A DNA stretch of 64,000 nucleotides from Octopus vulgaris (GCA_951406725.2 OX597823.1:7068001-7132000); one strand, 5' to 3'. Positions 11,561 to 24,777 are shown, counted from the stretch's first letter. Notes: generated by a model from the sequence alone, not told the origin. A program made the numbers and translations.

Positions 11561-11639
11561 CGACATCATCATCATTACCATTGTCAATGTCGTCATCTTC
11601 ACCATCATCATCATCATCATCATTGTCATCATCATTATT

Positions 11640-12055
11640 CAGTAGTTCTTGTTTTTTGCATGCTTTAACTGCACAACCAAGCACAACTCAATGCACCATT
11701 TTCTTTCAATATACACAGCATACACCCAAAGCACATAGAGCTGTGCTCAGTTGTACATATTCTAAAAGCATTTATCTTTTATGGGGATTTTCTCCAGGTC
11801 TTCTATATAGATTGTTTACAGTTTCTTTTAGCATTACATTATTTCTTAAGACTAATTTGAGTAGCAGATACGTACCTATCTGGAGGTCCCTTGGCAAACA
11901 ATATCTGTTTGATTGCAATTATCTCTCTATGTATGTGGATAGGCATATCCCAGAATATGGTCACAACATCATTTTCTGAGAACTTTCCTGCTGCATATTT
12001 ATACTATTTCATAATGTCAGTATTTCATAATGCTAGCATAAGCTGCAACTCAATC
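11640..12055 (-). mobile_element. Second R4/Dong-like LINE RLE-region remnant
   Basis: Minus strand SENDVVTIFWDMPIHIHREIIA resembles the ILWDxPIxTDxxIxxNRPD motif. Confidence 0.6.
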
Positions 12056-12071
12056 ATGCCTATATATATAT

Positions 12072-12124
<53 letters not shown>

Positions 12125-12249
12125 CATATATATTTTCTTTTAGCTAAAACTGGAAAACTGAGTAGGAAGTGACTAATATTTTTTTTTGTATTTTGTTTTC
12201 CAAAAAAAAAGCAGCAATTTTTTTATATTTTGCTTTATTGTATGTTTTT

Positions 12250-12570
12250 TGTTTTTTTTTTCTAGTTTCAGCTCAGAGCTGCAGCCATGCTGATGCACCG
12301 CCGTTTTGTGCTACACTGTTATTACGACAAACCTTGTCTAATATGTGGCACTTGGTGAAGAATGGAGTTTGATACAGCTACTCTCATTTGCACCTCTTGC
12401 CATGAGGTAGGTTCATCTGGGACTCTTGACAGGAAGATGTCCAGCTTTGATTTAAAAACTGCTACATCTACTTTGTGCAAGTTCCTCAGACTCTGTGGGA
12501 GAATATTAAAAAGCTGTGGGCCCTTGAAACCCAGGCTGTTGCAGAAGCTGGTCCTGAAGCGTGATGGCAT
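12250..12570 (-). mobile_element. CR1/L2-group LINE 3' fragment, same family as 61514-62206
   Basis: ORF 12322-12570 FCNSLGFKGPQLFNILP...FKSKLDIFLSRVPDEP; tail GGCGGTGCATCAGCATGGCTGCAGCTCTGAGCTGAAAC. Confidence 0.88.
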
Positions 12571-12574
12571 TTTT

Positions 12575-13440
12575 AGATACTTCCTGATAGGAAAGCTTTA
12601 GCTTTGTGCTTCAATCAAACATCGATTAGACTCAGCTTTGAGTTCTGCACTTCTCAGCCAGTTTTGAGATGATTTTTCTTTATTCATTTCTCTGTTCAGT
12701 CTTCTCAGGTATTACTCCAAAATAAGACTCCAGAGAGTATTTGACCAAGATACTCTGAAATATCATTTTCAACTTGTCTTTTAACATTTTCTTTTTTTTT
12801 AAATAATAATAATAAAACATTGTGTACAGTGCTCAGGTGCACTACAACTCATCTAAAGTGTATGTATAATCAGGTGTAGTTTCAGCGGATTTCGGAAAGC
12901 ATGAGGGCCTTAAAGGATGCAGTGTCATGGCAGTCAACAACTGATGTAGGCAGTTTGTTCCATGCTTCAGCAACTCTGAGCGTGAAAAAATGTTTCCGAA
13001 AGTCATGGGAGGTGTGTTGTTTTCTGACTTTGTAGGCATGTCCACATGTGTTAGACACATGAAGATCAAAAAGGTGTTCAGTGTTGTTGTTGGTGAGGTG
13101 GTTGATAACTTTGTGGGTGTTTACCAAGTCCATCGCCAGACGCCATGTTACCTCAACCTATCTTCTGTTTATTAGTTTTCTTGAAGAATGACATGATTTC
13201 TTCTTCTGTTCATGTTTTGATATTTATTTGCACTATCTTCCATTCATTTTTTTTAACTAGATGCTTGTTTTTGTTGTCTGCAGTCGATATCTTATAAGTA
13301 TTCTCAGTTGCAGAGGCCCCTGTCTCTCTGTGTTCAAGGCAAATCTAATCTTTCTGTATTAGGTTCAGAGATGTATAATTTAAATATAGTTATTTTTCTT
13401 GATTACTTGTATAATCTTGTTGGTTTACGTAAGTCCAGTT
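12575..13440 (-). mobile_element. Possible decayed LINE segment (R4-like pre-RT region) hosting the CR1 insert
   Basis: A-rich, Lys/Arg-rich broken frames on the minus strand; weak motif support. Confidence 0.3.
12801..13150 (-). mobile_element. CR1-group LINE 3' fragment, family of 7685-8165
   Basis: ORF 12882-13133 SHDFRKHFFTLRVAEAWNKLP; (ATT)n tail. Confidence 0.85.
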
Positions 13441-13590
13441 GAGAATACTATAATTTATTACTAGTACAACAAGAATGAATATATTGTCTCAGAGTATACT
13501 TCCCACTAATGTGGTGATTTCACACACACACACACACACACACATGGAAAGATACAACTCACTGTATACTTCAGTACCTCTAAGTAGACA

Positions 13591-13830
13591 TCTCTTTTAT
13601 CTTTTACTTGTTTCAGTCATTAGACTACAGCCATGCTGGGGCAGCACCTTGAATTTTTAGTTGAATGAATTGATCTTAGTACTTAATTTGATAAGTCTAG
13701 TACTTATTCTATCACTCTCTTTTGCCATACTGCTAAGTTTCGGGGATGCAAGCACAATACCACCGGTTGTTAAGTTGTGGCGGGGTGGGGTGGAGGACAA
13801 ACACAGACAGAAAGACACACACACACATAG
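13591..13830 (-). mobile_element. SINE family A 3' half
   Basis: CTTTTACTTGTTTCAGTCAT...CCATGCTGGGGCAGCACC...GGACAAACACAGAC. Confidence 0.75.
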
Positions 13831-13978
13831 ATATACGTTCATATATATATATATATGCCGCCTCGGCTTCCGTGCCGGTGGCATATACACCAATATATAT
13901 ATATAGCACCCACTATATATATATATAAGACTGGAGCCTGTATCTGGCTCCATATATATGGATATGATATGATGATGA

Positions 13979-14049
<71 letters not shown>

Positions 14050-14119
14050 AAAGTCCCTCCTAGCGTGCGGCATTTATGTGTAATAGTGCCCTCTATATAA
14101 TATAAAATATATATATATT

Positions 14120-14176
14120 TTTTATTTATTTTATCTAGTTTCAGCTCACGAGCTGTGGCCATGCTGGGGCACCGCA
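14120..14176 (-). mobile_element. Very short CR1/L2 3'-tail-only insertion
   Basis: Minus strand GCGGTGCCCCAGCATGGCCACAGCTCGTGAGCTGAAACTAG plus A-rich tail. Confidence 0.7.
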
Positions 14177-14292
14177 TATATATATATATATATATATGTA
14201 TGTATATATATATATATATATATACGTATATATGGCCCGTATATATATGCGTATATCTGGCATCCGTCGTGCACGTGTATGTATATATATAT

Positions 14293-14497
14293 ATCATCAT
14301 CATCATCATCATCATTTAGCATCCGCTTTCCATGCTAGCATGGGTTGGTCGGTTCAACTGGGGTCTGTGAAGCCAGAAGGCTGCATCAGGCCCAGTCTGA
14401 TCTGGCAGTGTTTCTATGGCTGGATGCCCTTCCTAACGCCAACCACTCCGTGAGTGTAGTGGGTGCTTTTTACGTGCCACCCGCACAGGTGCCAGAT
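14293..14497 (-). mobile_element. RTE 3'-UTR-type element (family C)
   Basis: (CAT)n then GGATGCCCTTCCTAACGCCAACCACTCC. Confidence 0.85.
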
Positions 14498-14547
14498 ATA
14501 TATATATATATATACATACACATATATATATACATATATATACATAT

Positions 14548-14713
14548 ATGACAGGTTTCTTTCAGTTTCCATCTACCAAATCCACTCACAAGGTTTTGGT
14601 CGACCTGAAGCTATAGTAGGAAACACTTTCTCAAGGTACCATGCAGTGCGACTGAAACCAGAACCATGTGGTTTGGAAGCATGCTTCTTACCACACTGCC
14701 ATGCCTGCACCTA
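14548..14713 (-). mobile_element. SINE family A 5' half
   Basis: CTTCAGTTTCCATCTACCAAATCCACTCACAAGG...CTTACCACAC. Confidence 0.8.
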
Positions 14714-15299
14714 TGTAATATTCTTTAACAATCCACAGAAAAAGAAATAATCTTTTATGGACTAACATAAATTCAGGCAATATTTTGGAACATTTATGAA
14801 AATGAAAGTATAATAGATATATTTGTGGTGTTGAATTCTTCATAACACTGTGATCAGAATTAATTATACCTTGAAGTTTGTATTTATTCTTTCTAGTTAA
14901 CCATGTGTGTAGTTGAGTGGATAACATGCCTAACCTCTAAATACACATTGTTAAGAATTTAGTGACCAATATTATATTAATTCATATCAGTTTAACATTG
15001 TACAGTGTAAATAAGGAGGTGTGTATGTGTGTGTATCTGAGGGGGGAAACCAAGTTCATTTAATATAAAAGATTGCTGCAATAGAGTATGACTTGCTTTT
15101 CTTTTATCCAGCTTTCAAACTGCTACTGTCATAACCATCACTCTCCTCTCCATTTTTTTTTACTTCCTTTCTGTCTCTCCCTTCATGTCTACTTCTCATT
15201 CTCTATATGTCTGAATTTCACTATGCCAGATATATCGTCCAACCCATGCTAGCATGGAGAACGGACGTTAAACGATGATGATATATATATATATATAGG

Positions 15300-15332
<33 letters not shown>

Positions 15333-16771
15333 GGAGTGAGGAAAGAGAAAGAGGAAGGTAAAGAGAAAAGAAAAATTGAAGAGAAATTGAAATGAGATGA
15401 AAAGTAGAGAGTTTGATGTCACACAAGTGTACTACTGCTATTATCACCATCATAATCCTGAATGTATCTATACTTTACATTAAAAGTTGATAGCTTTTTG
15501 CCTTTGGTTGTTCATGACAGTCATGAACTGCTAAGAGCAACTCTTGGAGTATTGAGTTCTATATCAAATAGTATTTGCACAATGTAAAATATATTGTTTT
15601 ATATCTTTACAATTTTTACACACTTGCGCATGCATACACGCATGCACATACTCATGCACACAAATACACACACACGCATGCATGCATGCACATACACACA
15701 CACATGCATACACATATCATATATTTGTGTTTTTGTGTGCTTGTGTAAAAATATATATACATCTATGTGTGTTACTGTGTGTATGCATATCTATTTGTAT
15801 ATCTTTTTACTATATTTATATCTCCTTATAGATGCATACCTCCATGGAAAAATGCATCATCCTTATATATTTATCTCTATGTAACGATATGCAGTTGCAT
15901 ACATGTATTTGTCTACATTCATATAATTATTAATAGCCATGCTAGAAACAGATTAGAATATCCCAATAAATATTTTATAGAAGCATAATCTTCTCAATCC
16001 AAACCTTTTTAAAATGTCCACATTAGAAATTCTTAAAAGAAAGCTTCTAACACCTACGTCAGCTTTGGCCACTACTCAACTTATGCTGTGTGACAGATGT
16101 AACTGTATTATCTGCAAACTTAATTTTTTTTTTACTCTAAAACAGTCACAAGAAAAAGCTTCAACCAATGTTAATCATAGCCTAAGTATGACACATCAAT
16201 TTAATCCTCTGCTTTCATATCTTATTGAACCTTTATCGAAAACAAAATCTTAAACCAGAATAACAGTCTATACCATACCTACAAACACATGATTTCTCAC
16301 TAGCCTTCTCTACTTTCATATCTCCTATAGAATCTCTTCAAATATCTACCAAACCACACTAAATTCTCTTTCATATTGCTTCACTAACCAAAAGAACAAC
16401 CATATAAAAACCAGAACGAAACACTCTCTGATGCTGGTGAGCAAAGCAAAACTTTAAAGTCACTGTCAATCTTTCCTTGTGAAAATTAGAATGTACATGT
16501 GTGTGTGGGTGGGTGGGTGGGGGGGAGTATTCATATATGTATATAGGGTATCCATACAGTTTCCATCTATCAATTTCACTCACAAGCCATTAGTTAACTA
16601 CCTCAAGCTGTAGCAGAAGACACTTGCTCAAGGACTGAACTCCAAACTGTGTTGTTGCAAAGCAAACGTCTTAACACTCACTCACACACAGAGTTGTATA
16701 TATATTCATGTATGTACATCCGTCCGTCCGTCCATCCATCCATCCATCCATCCATCCATCCATCAATCCAT

Positions 16772-16811
<40 letters not shown>

Positions 16812-16857
16812 TGAAAATAGGAAACATAAAATGATCATCAAATTTAACCTGAACAAT

Positions 16858-17250
16858 CAGGAGCGGCTCTGTGGTAAGTAGCTTGTTTACCAACCACATG
16901 GTTCTGGGTTCAGTCCCACTGCGTGGCACCTTGGGCAAGTGTCTTCTACTATAGCCTCAGGTCGACCAAAGCCTTGTGAGTAGATTTGGTAGACGGAAAC
17001 TGAAAGAAGCTCGTCGTATATATATATATGCGTGTGTGTTTGTGTGTCTGTATTTGTCCCCCTAGTATTGCTTGACAACCGATGCTGGTGTGTTTATGTC
17101 CCCGTTATTAGTGGTTCGGCAAAAGAGACCGATAGAATAAGTACTGGGCTTACAAAAGAATAAGTCCCAGGGTCGATTTGCTCGATTAAAGGCGGTGCTC
17201 CAGCATGGCCACAGTCAAATTACTGAAACAAGTAAAAGAGTAAAAGAGTA
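16858..17250 (+). mobile_element. SINE family A, full length
   Basis: Head to (AAAAGAGT)n tail. Confidence 0.9.
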
Positions 17251-17510
17251 ATCTGTATATATATATATATATTATATTAAATTAGAGATAAAACCACTAT
17301 CAGGCAAATCAAACAGTGAAAATCATAATCCTCTACTTTCATATCTTATTAAACCCTTATCAAAAACAAAATCTTAAACGAGAATAACAGTCTATACCAT
17401 ACCTACAAACACATGATTTCTCACTAGCCTTACACACACACACACACACACCCGCACAAACATAATTCCCAATGGTTGGGAAGTGAACCATGTCTCATTG
17501 TGTATGTGTA

Positions 17511-17542
<32 letters not shown>

Positions 17543-17928
17543 GGCGCAGGAGTGGCTGTGTGGTAAGTAGCTTGCTAACCAACCACATGGTTCCGGGTTC
17601 AGTCCCACTGCGTGGCATCTTGGGCAAGTGTCTTCTGCTATAGCCTCGGGCCGACCAATGCCTTGTGAGTGAATTTGGGAGACAGAAACTGAAAGAAGTC
17701 TGTCGTATATATGTATGTGTGTGTATGTTTGTGTGTCTATGTTTGTCCCCCTAGCATTGCTTGACAACCAATGCTGGTATGTTTACGTCCCCGTCACTTA
17801 GCCGATAGAATAAGTACTGGGCTTACAAAAGAATAAGTCCCAGGGTCGAGTTACTCGACTAAAGGCGGTGCTCCAGCATGGCCGCAGTCAAATGACTGAA
17901 ACAAGTAAAAGAGTAAAAGCGTAAAAGA

Positions 17929-17930
<2 letters not shown>
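17543..17930 (+). mobile_element. SINE family A, full length, in (TA)n
   Basis: GGCGCAGGAGTGGCTGTGTGGTAAG head through tail. Confidence 0.92.
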
Positions 17931-18009
<79 letters not shown>

Positions 18010-18835
18010 TACACACACACACATGTTATGTTTTATACAAATAGCATATATCAGAAAATCTAAGGTACATTTAATGTGCTTAGCCTACAATTTACAATGC
18101 TTACAATTTGGTAAGTAAAAATATGCAAAGGTAAATAGATATTCACTATTTTCTCTGTACGCAGATGAATAAGGTGATCCTGGCATGTTTCCTGGATGGA
18201 TGATCAATTTTAAGAAGATTAGTACTTCCTCACCAATTTGGCTCTGAAGAGAACTTAATAGCAATTGCTTTTTAAGTCAGACACAAACCAAGACTTAGCT
18301 GAAATAGCAAGACTAATTTGTGTATCATGCATAAGTCAGAAATGTGATTTACTTATTGAATATTTTATGAGCAATTTGCATGAATTAGAAAATCTAAATT
18401 AAGTTTAATCTAATTTGATTACAATACATAATGCCTATACTGGGAAAAGTAAAGTTATGTAGATGCATCTTGACATTCTCTTTGCATGCAGCAAAATACA
18501 TGACATGTTTGGTGCACCTATTTATTATTGGTGCTATCTTACCACTAATTCTTCCAAAATTTATGTATGAGGAATACTTTCCATATAATCTTTTAGTCAT
18601 TCATGATATACCTATAATTTTTCTTTATTCTTTTACATATGTATTTATTAATTAGTAACTGATCTTTACTACCTCATGTCTTTGAAGTATCTCTTTGTTT
18701 CTTTTGGAAGGGTGTTGTTTTGTCCAGCTAGTTATTTACTTTCTGAGATATTATTGCAGTTAAAAGTTTTAGGAACTTCAATTTTAAGGGACTATAGTTT
18801 TGTGGACTTGCTGGTTTTGGTAAATTTGTAGAATT

Positions 18836-19000
18836 GTGTGTTTATGTCCCCGTTACTTAGCGGTTCAGCAAAAGAAACCGATAGAATAAGTACTGGGCTT
18901 ACAAAGAATAAGTCCCGGGGTCGATTTGCTCGACTGAAGGTGGTGCTCCGGCATGGCCGCAGTCAAATGACTGAAACAAGTAAAAGAGTAAAAAGAGTAA
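18836..19000 (+). mobile_element. SINE family A 3' fragment
   Basis: GTGTTTATGTCCCCG...TGACTGAAACAAGTAAAAGAG. Confidence 0.85.
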
Positions 19001-19095
19001 AGTGTATTCTACTTGGTGTTCTCATTTTACTGACTGAAGAAAATCTTTTTTGTATGGAATATTTTTCTTTACCATTTTATTCACAATTTTATTCA

Positions 19096-19325
19096 GGCAT
19101 AGGAGTGGCTGTGTGGTAAGTAGCTTGCTTACGAACCACATGGTTCTGGGTTCAGTCCCTTGCGTGGCACCTTGGGCAAGTGTCTTCTACTATAGCCTCA
19201 GGCCAACCAACGCCTTGTGAGTGGATTTTGTAGATGGAAACTGTGTGGCACCTAGAGCAAGTGTCTTCTACTGCATCCCAGCTTTGAGAGCGGATTTGTT
19301 GAAGGAAACTGAAAAAAAGCCTAAT
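19096..19325 (+). mobile_element. SINE family A 5' half with partly duplicated core
   Basis: Head plus two GGCACC..GCAAGTGTCTTCTACT segments. Confidence 0.8.
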
Positions 19326-19346
19326 GTATATATATATATATATATA

Positions 19347-19750
19347 CTCTTTACTCTTTACTCTTTTACTTGTTTCAGTCATTTGACTGCGGCCATGCTG
19401 GAGCACCGTCTTTAATCGACCCCAGGACTTATTCTTTTGTAAGCCCAGTACTTATTTTATCGGTCTCTTTTTGCCGAACCGCTAAGTAACGGGGACATAA
19501 ACACACCAGCATCGGTTGTCAAGCAATGCTAGGGGGACAAACGCAGACACACAAACACACACACACACACACATATATATATACATATATATGACAGGCT
19601 TCTTTCAGTTTCCGTCTACCAAATCCACTCACAAGGCATTGGTCGGCCTGGGGCTATAGCAGAAGACACTTGCCCAAGGTGCCACGCAGTGGGACTGAAC
19701 CCGGAACCATGTGGTTGGTTAGCAAGCTACTTACCACACAGCCACTCCCT
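19347..19750 (-). mobile_element. SINE family A, full length, inverted relative to its neighbours
   Basis: Reverse complement of the family A sequence. Confidence 0.9.
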
Positions 19751-19763
19751 ATATATATATGTC

Positions 19764-20370
19764 CACAACCCGTGGCCTTCTACATGGGATGGAGCCAGCC
19801 TACGTATGCATACCTTCCTTCTTGGGACACAAAACTCTACTTGTGAAGACGTGTTGAGGCAAGTGAGGATCAGAATCGAAATCGATCAATGGAAATTGCG
19901 GATGTGCTACCAGTGCCGGTGGCATGTCGAAACTCTGCTTGTGAAGACCCATTGAGGCAAGTGAGGATCAGAATCGAAATCGATCAATGGAAATCGATCA
20001 ATGGAAATTGCAGATGTGTTACCAGTGCCGGTGGCATGTAAGAGAACTCTTCGTTTCGCGACCGTTGCCAGCACCGCCCCGTTTCGTGTCCGTTGCCAGC
20101 CTCGCCTGGCCCTCGTGCCGGTGGCACATAAAAAGCACCATCCGTTCGTGGCCGTTTGCCAGCTCTGTCTGGCACCAGTGCGGGTGGCACGTAAAAAGCA
20201 CCCACTACACTCACGGAGTGGTTGGCGTTAGGAAGGGCATCCAGCCGTAGAAACACTGCCAGATTTGACTGGGCCTGATGAAGCCTTCTGGCTTCACAGA
20301 CCCCAGTAGAACCGTCCAACCCATGCTAGCATGGAAAACGGACGCTAAATGATGATGATGATGATGATGA
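19764..20370 (+). mobile_element. RTE 3'-UTR-type element (family C), long version with internal duplication
   Basis: Duplicated TTGTGAAGAC..TTGAGGCAAGTGAGGATCAGAATCGAAATCGATCAATGG block, hairpin units, (GAT)n tail. Confidence 0.85.
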
Positions 20371-20940
20371 TATATATATATATAGATAGATAGATAGATT
20401 GATATAGATATATATGTATATTTATGTTTATATACGTGTGCATGTGAGTGTGTGTGCATGCTTGCCTGTATGCATGTGTAAGTGCATACACGTGTCATGT
20501 GTGTGTGCATGTGTGTGTTAGTGTTACTGTATCTTTGCATTAACTCCATGAGATCATTTTGAAAACAAATGTCACCATCCTGTGGGCAGTGTATTTTATT
20601 TCCAAGTTTGGTCACGGGAAATGTTACCTTACTCGGAAACAAGCGATGTCAGGCAACAGAAGGGGGCATCTGGCTGAAGAAAAATCTGCCTCAGCAAATT
20701 CCATGCAAGCATAAAATTGATAATGAAATGCTAAATGATAATGAAATAATGATGACAGTGTTTATTGATCAGTTTGATCTCCAATTTTAATCCTGGGTCT
20801 TATTCTTGGATATGCAAATAAGCTAGATTAAATTCAAACTAGAAAACCTTATTTTTTTAAACTAAGGGTAATGGCAGTCCTATTCACTTGGCCGTTAGAG
20901 TATGTACATAATTAAGTATCTTATGTGCAACACATCATCA

Positions 20941-21260
20941 AACATTATCTTAATTATCAAACATTATCTAAATTATCAAAATTATCTAAATTATCAAAAT
21001 TATCTAAATTATCAAAATTATCAAAATTATTAAAATTATCAAACATTATCTAAATTATCAAACATTATCTAAATTATCAAATTATCAAACATTATCTAAA
21101 TTATCAAATTATCAAAATTATCTAAATTATCAAAATTATCTAAATTATCAAACATTATCTAAATTATCAAACATTATCTAAATTATCAAACATTATCTAA
21201 ATTATCAAAATTATCTAAATTATCAAACATTATCTAAATTATCAAACATTATCTAAATTA
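20941..21260. repeat. Minisatellite of 8-10 bp ATTATC-core monomers with 18/19-bp higher-order unit
   Basis: 34 monomers counted by eye: ATTATC plus TAA/AAA/AAAC/AA. Confidence 0.95.
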
Positions 21261-21719
21261 AACAAATAATATTACAATATCAAATCAGCTCTTTGTGAAG
21301 TATGAAGTTAACCTTACAGGAAACTACAGCATTGTTAAGTAGTGTTAATAGAACAGTATCTATCAAACAAAATATAAATATAAGAGACATGATATTCTAT
21401 AGATGCTACTATGAGAAAGCAATTAGCGGTGTGTAGGGAGAAATATTGAAGGTAATGTCTTTGTACAGATAGAAAATCAGGTACAAAATATACACTGTTA
21501 GTTTAAGTATATATCTAAAATAGATTCTATATTGATACAAAATACCTAGTAATGTTTGGAAAATGTTTTTCTTCTGAGGGTAACATTAAACTTTTCTAGA
21601 ATGATTCTATAATTATTATTGATTGTTACAGATAATGAATTTCACATGTCCCAATCTTGCTTTCACTGTTGTAAACGTCTTGTTCTATATGCCATGTTTG
21701 CACTTTTATTTTTGTGTGT

Positions 21720-22100
21720 GTGTGTGGTAAGAAGTTTGCTTCCCAACCATGGGGTTCCAGGTTCAGTCTCACTGTGTGGAACTTTAGGCAAGTGTTGTCT
21801 GCTATAGTCCTAGGCTGGCCGAAGTCTTGTGAGTGAATTTAGTTGACAGAAACTGAAAGAAACCTGGCGTGTGTGTGTGTGTATGTGGGTTTTTGTGTGT
21901 GTGTCTTTGTTTTTATTCCCCGGCACCACTTGATAACTGGTGTGAGTTTGTTTGCATCTCTGTAACTTAGTGGTTTAGAAAAAAGCACCCGATAGAAGAT
22001 GAACCAGACTTTATAAAATAATTTCTAGGTTCATTTTGTTCAACAAAACCCTTAAGGGCATGGCTGTAGTTCAATGACTGAAACAAGTAAAAGATACAAA
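21720..22100 (+). mobile_element. SINE family A, older diverged copy
   Basis: GTGTGGTAAGAAGTTTGCTTCCCAACC...TGACTGAAACAAGTAAAAG. Confidence 0.8.
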
Positions 22101-23702
22101 AGAAGATATTCAAAACTGTCAAACTGCTTTACTGAGATAGCAGTGTTAAAAGGATAACTTTTGGCTTAAACCATTGAATGACTTTATTAAAGCATTGATG
22201 TGAGAATAAATAAAAATAAAGTAAGAATAATTTTGTGAAAGAGCAACCAAAGTTTGAACTAATTTCTAAACTTGGGAATTTGTTTTATGTAATTATACAT
22301 AATATTTATAGCTAATGTAACAAGATAATTATAAGGGAAAATGTTTTGCAAATAAAACTAACATAAACAAAATATTAAAAAAATCATCATATTTGAAGGT
22401 CTAATGATGGCGTAAGTTTGAGAAGTTTGCGAAACTGACTTCGTCCAACTTTTCCTATACATTGAATAATGGGTAGTTCAATGACAAATGGGTTAAGTAT
22501 TGCCATATTTGATTAAAAAAGAGATATATTGACTATTTCCTGAAGTCAATATATCTCTTTTAAATGTTAAAGCTGGTAAAAACATGAAACAAAAAAAAAC
22601 CCCAAAAAATCAAGCTAATGTATATATTGGAGTTTCTTTCTGTATCCATTAATAAGCAAGGTTCACAGTGCACTGATATTTCACAAAATTGAATTCTTTT
22701 TCAAAGAAAATCTTCTCATCGCTTCACTATAAAAGACTCTAAACATCAAAAGAAATATATTAAATTCTTGAAACAGCATGAAATATGGCAGAATAACAGA
22801 TTAAGTTTAATTGTTATAATAATACAACAGTAATATCAAAAATTAAGAGTATATTATAGTATTGGAAAGACAATGAAGGCAATTATCACTATTGACAGAA
22901 TTTTATTATATTGTTCAATAATGAAGACTGCAAAAAAAAAAAGTATATATATATATTATATATATCTCATAGCGTGATCATGAAGAAAGAACAACATGAA
23001 GGAATACAATTAAAATTTGTGTTTTTGACACCGCTAACAACATTGTAAAGCAATTTTAATACAAATTCAATAAAGCAAAATAGACTACAGGATCGACTGT
23101 ATAATTTCAACAAGTCTGACATTTCTCAGTGCTCACAAAATGCGCTTAAAATTGTATTAATCATATGGTTATTTTACATTCTTTGGTAATTATTTATAAA
23201 TCAATAAGAAGTAGAGTGGTACATTTTTATGTTCTATTCAATAAGCCTATGGTTATATTCACATCAATGACCTCATATTTTCAAACTTCTGTTTAAACCT
23301 TAGAAAATGCAATCCTTGTTTCATTTCCCTTTCTTATATAAAGTTGGTAATTCATATCAGTTTGGTGATAATTATATTACAGGCAGTTGGGTAACATCAC
23401 AACTGGGTGACAGTAAAACTGAGCAACAACTAGCATGGCCAATTAACAACCAAAATGGCTGGGCTACTGATGTTTCTTTGATAAGAGCTATAATTGTTGT
23501 TACCGTTTAGCTCAAGATCAGCTTGGATTGATTAAACTCTGTTTGACATTTGAGCCATGACCATTCATATTTTTATCAGATAAAGTGTATTTTGGACAAA
23601 AAAACCCCGAAAAAACAACAACAACAACAACAACAAAAAACAACAAGAAACTCAACCTGAAATGTTATGGTTGGAATGTCTTTCATCAAAGGTTTGTTGA
23701 TC

Positions 23703-23922
23703 TGTTTCTTTGTTACCCACAAGGGGCTAAACATAGAGGGGACAAACAAGGACAGACAAATGGATTAAGTCGATTACATCGACCCCAGTGTGTAACTGGT
23801 ACTTAATTTATCGACCCCGAAAGGATGAAAGGCAAAGTCGACCTTGGTGGAATTTGAACTCGGAACGTAATGGCAGACGAAATACAGCTACGCATTTTGC
23901 CCGGCATGCTAAGGGTTCTGCT
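23703..23922 (-). mobile_element. SINE family B
   Basis: CCCACAAGGGGCTAAAC...CGACCCCGAAAGGATGAAAGGC...GAATTTGAACTC. Confidence 0.9.
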
Positions 23923-24777
23923 CTGACACTAAATGACTACAATCATACCCCTCACTGACTAAACCCTAGTGGCCCAATAATATTGATTGTTAGTTAGTTT
24001 GTCAGTAAAACTAGCTGTTGTGCATTAATGCTGATACCCAGTTATCCTGTCTCTTAGTTGTCCTTTCTTCAGTTGCTCCTCAACCCTATTAACCATTATG
24101 TTGATATACTTGGAGGATCTAGAAAAATGTGGGAAAAAGTGGTGGAAAATGATCTTCAGATATTAAGTCTCACAATTCTGGTTATTCACTGCTCTTCCTC
24201 AGAGCAAAATGTTTATTTGTAGCGTAGTAATACAAAATAAAAATTTGAAGGTAGTTTATAGTTGATTATTTCAACCTCGGTACTTGGCATAATCAAGAGA
24301 ACATCAGACAAAATTCCAATTTACATCTTGCTTGCACTTCCTACAAAAGTACTGAGTTCCTTTCCACATATTATGACATACGTGTGTACATCATAGTTGG
24401 AGGAAAATAAAGCTTGTTTCTTTATTCAAGCTTGGGCCACATACAAGTGTTACTGTCAGAATTTTCCTGGTACATGCTAAGAAGTTTAATATATTTGAGT
24501 CTTTGCCAAAATGACAGCTCTTTTTGGCTTTGCATTTGTTAATCCTTAAACTAAGTAGATAAAATACTTATATCCTTATCAAAATTCATCTATCAATTAT
24601 ATAGAAAGAATCCATCAAAGAGGACAATAAAACCTTTCTTGGTGAACACCTAGTATGGTTTCAATAGAGTTATATCTACCTGAGAAAGTGGTTCTACATA
24701 TGCTCTTGTAGTTTATCACCCTTTGAAAATTTGACAAAAGTAATAATATTACTCTTGACAGTGTCGTTTAGTGTCAG

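Noticed and set aside
18239-18299. Minus-strand exon with tttcag acceptor and gtgagg donor
   Set aside because: Stop codons in all three frames and no other support; at most non-coding
19990-20210. Repeat-spacer pattern as a CRISPR array
   Set aside because: Eukaryotic context, units lie inside a dispersed retroelement, spacers are homologous to each other, no cas genes
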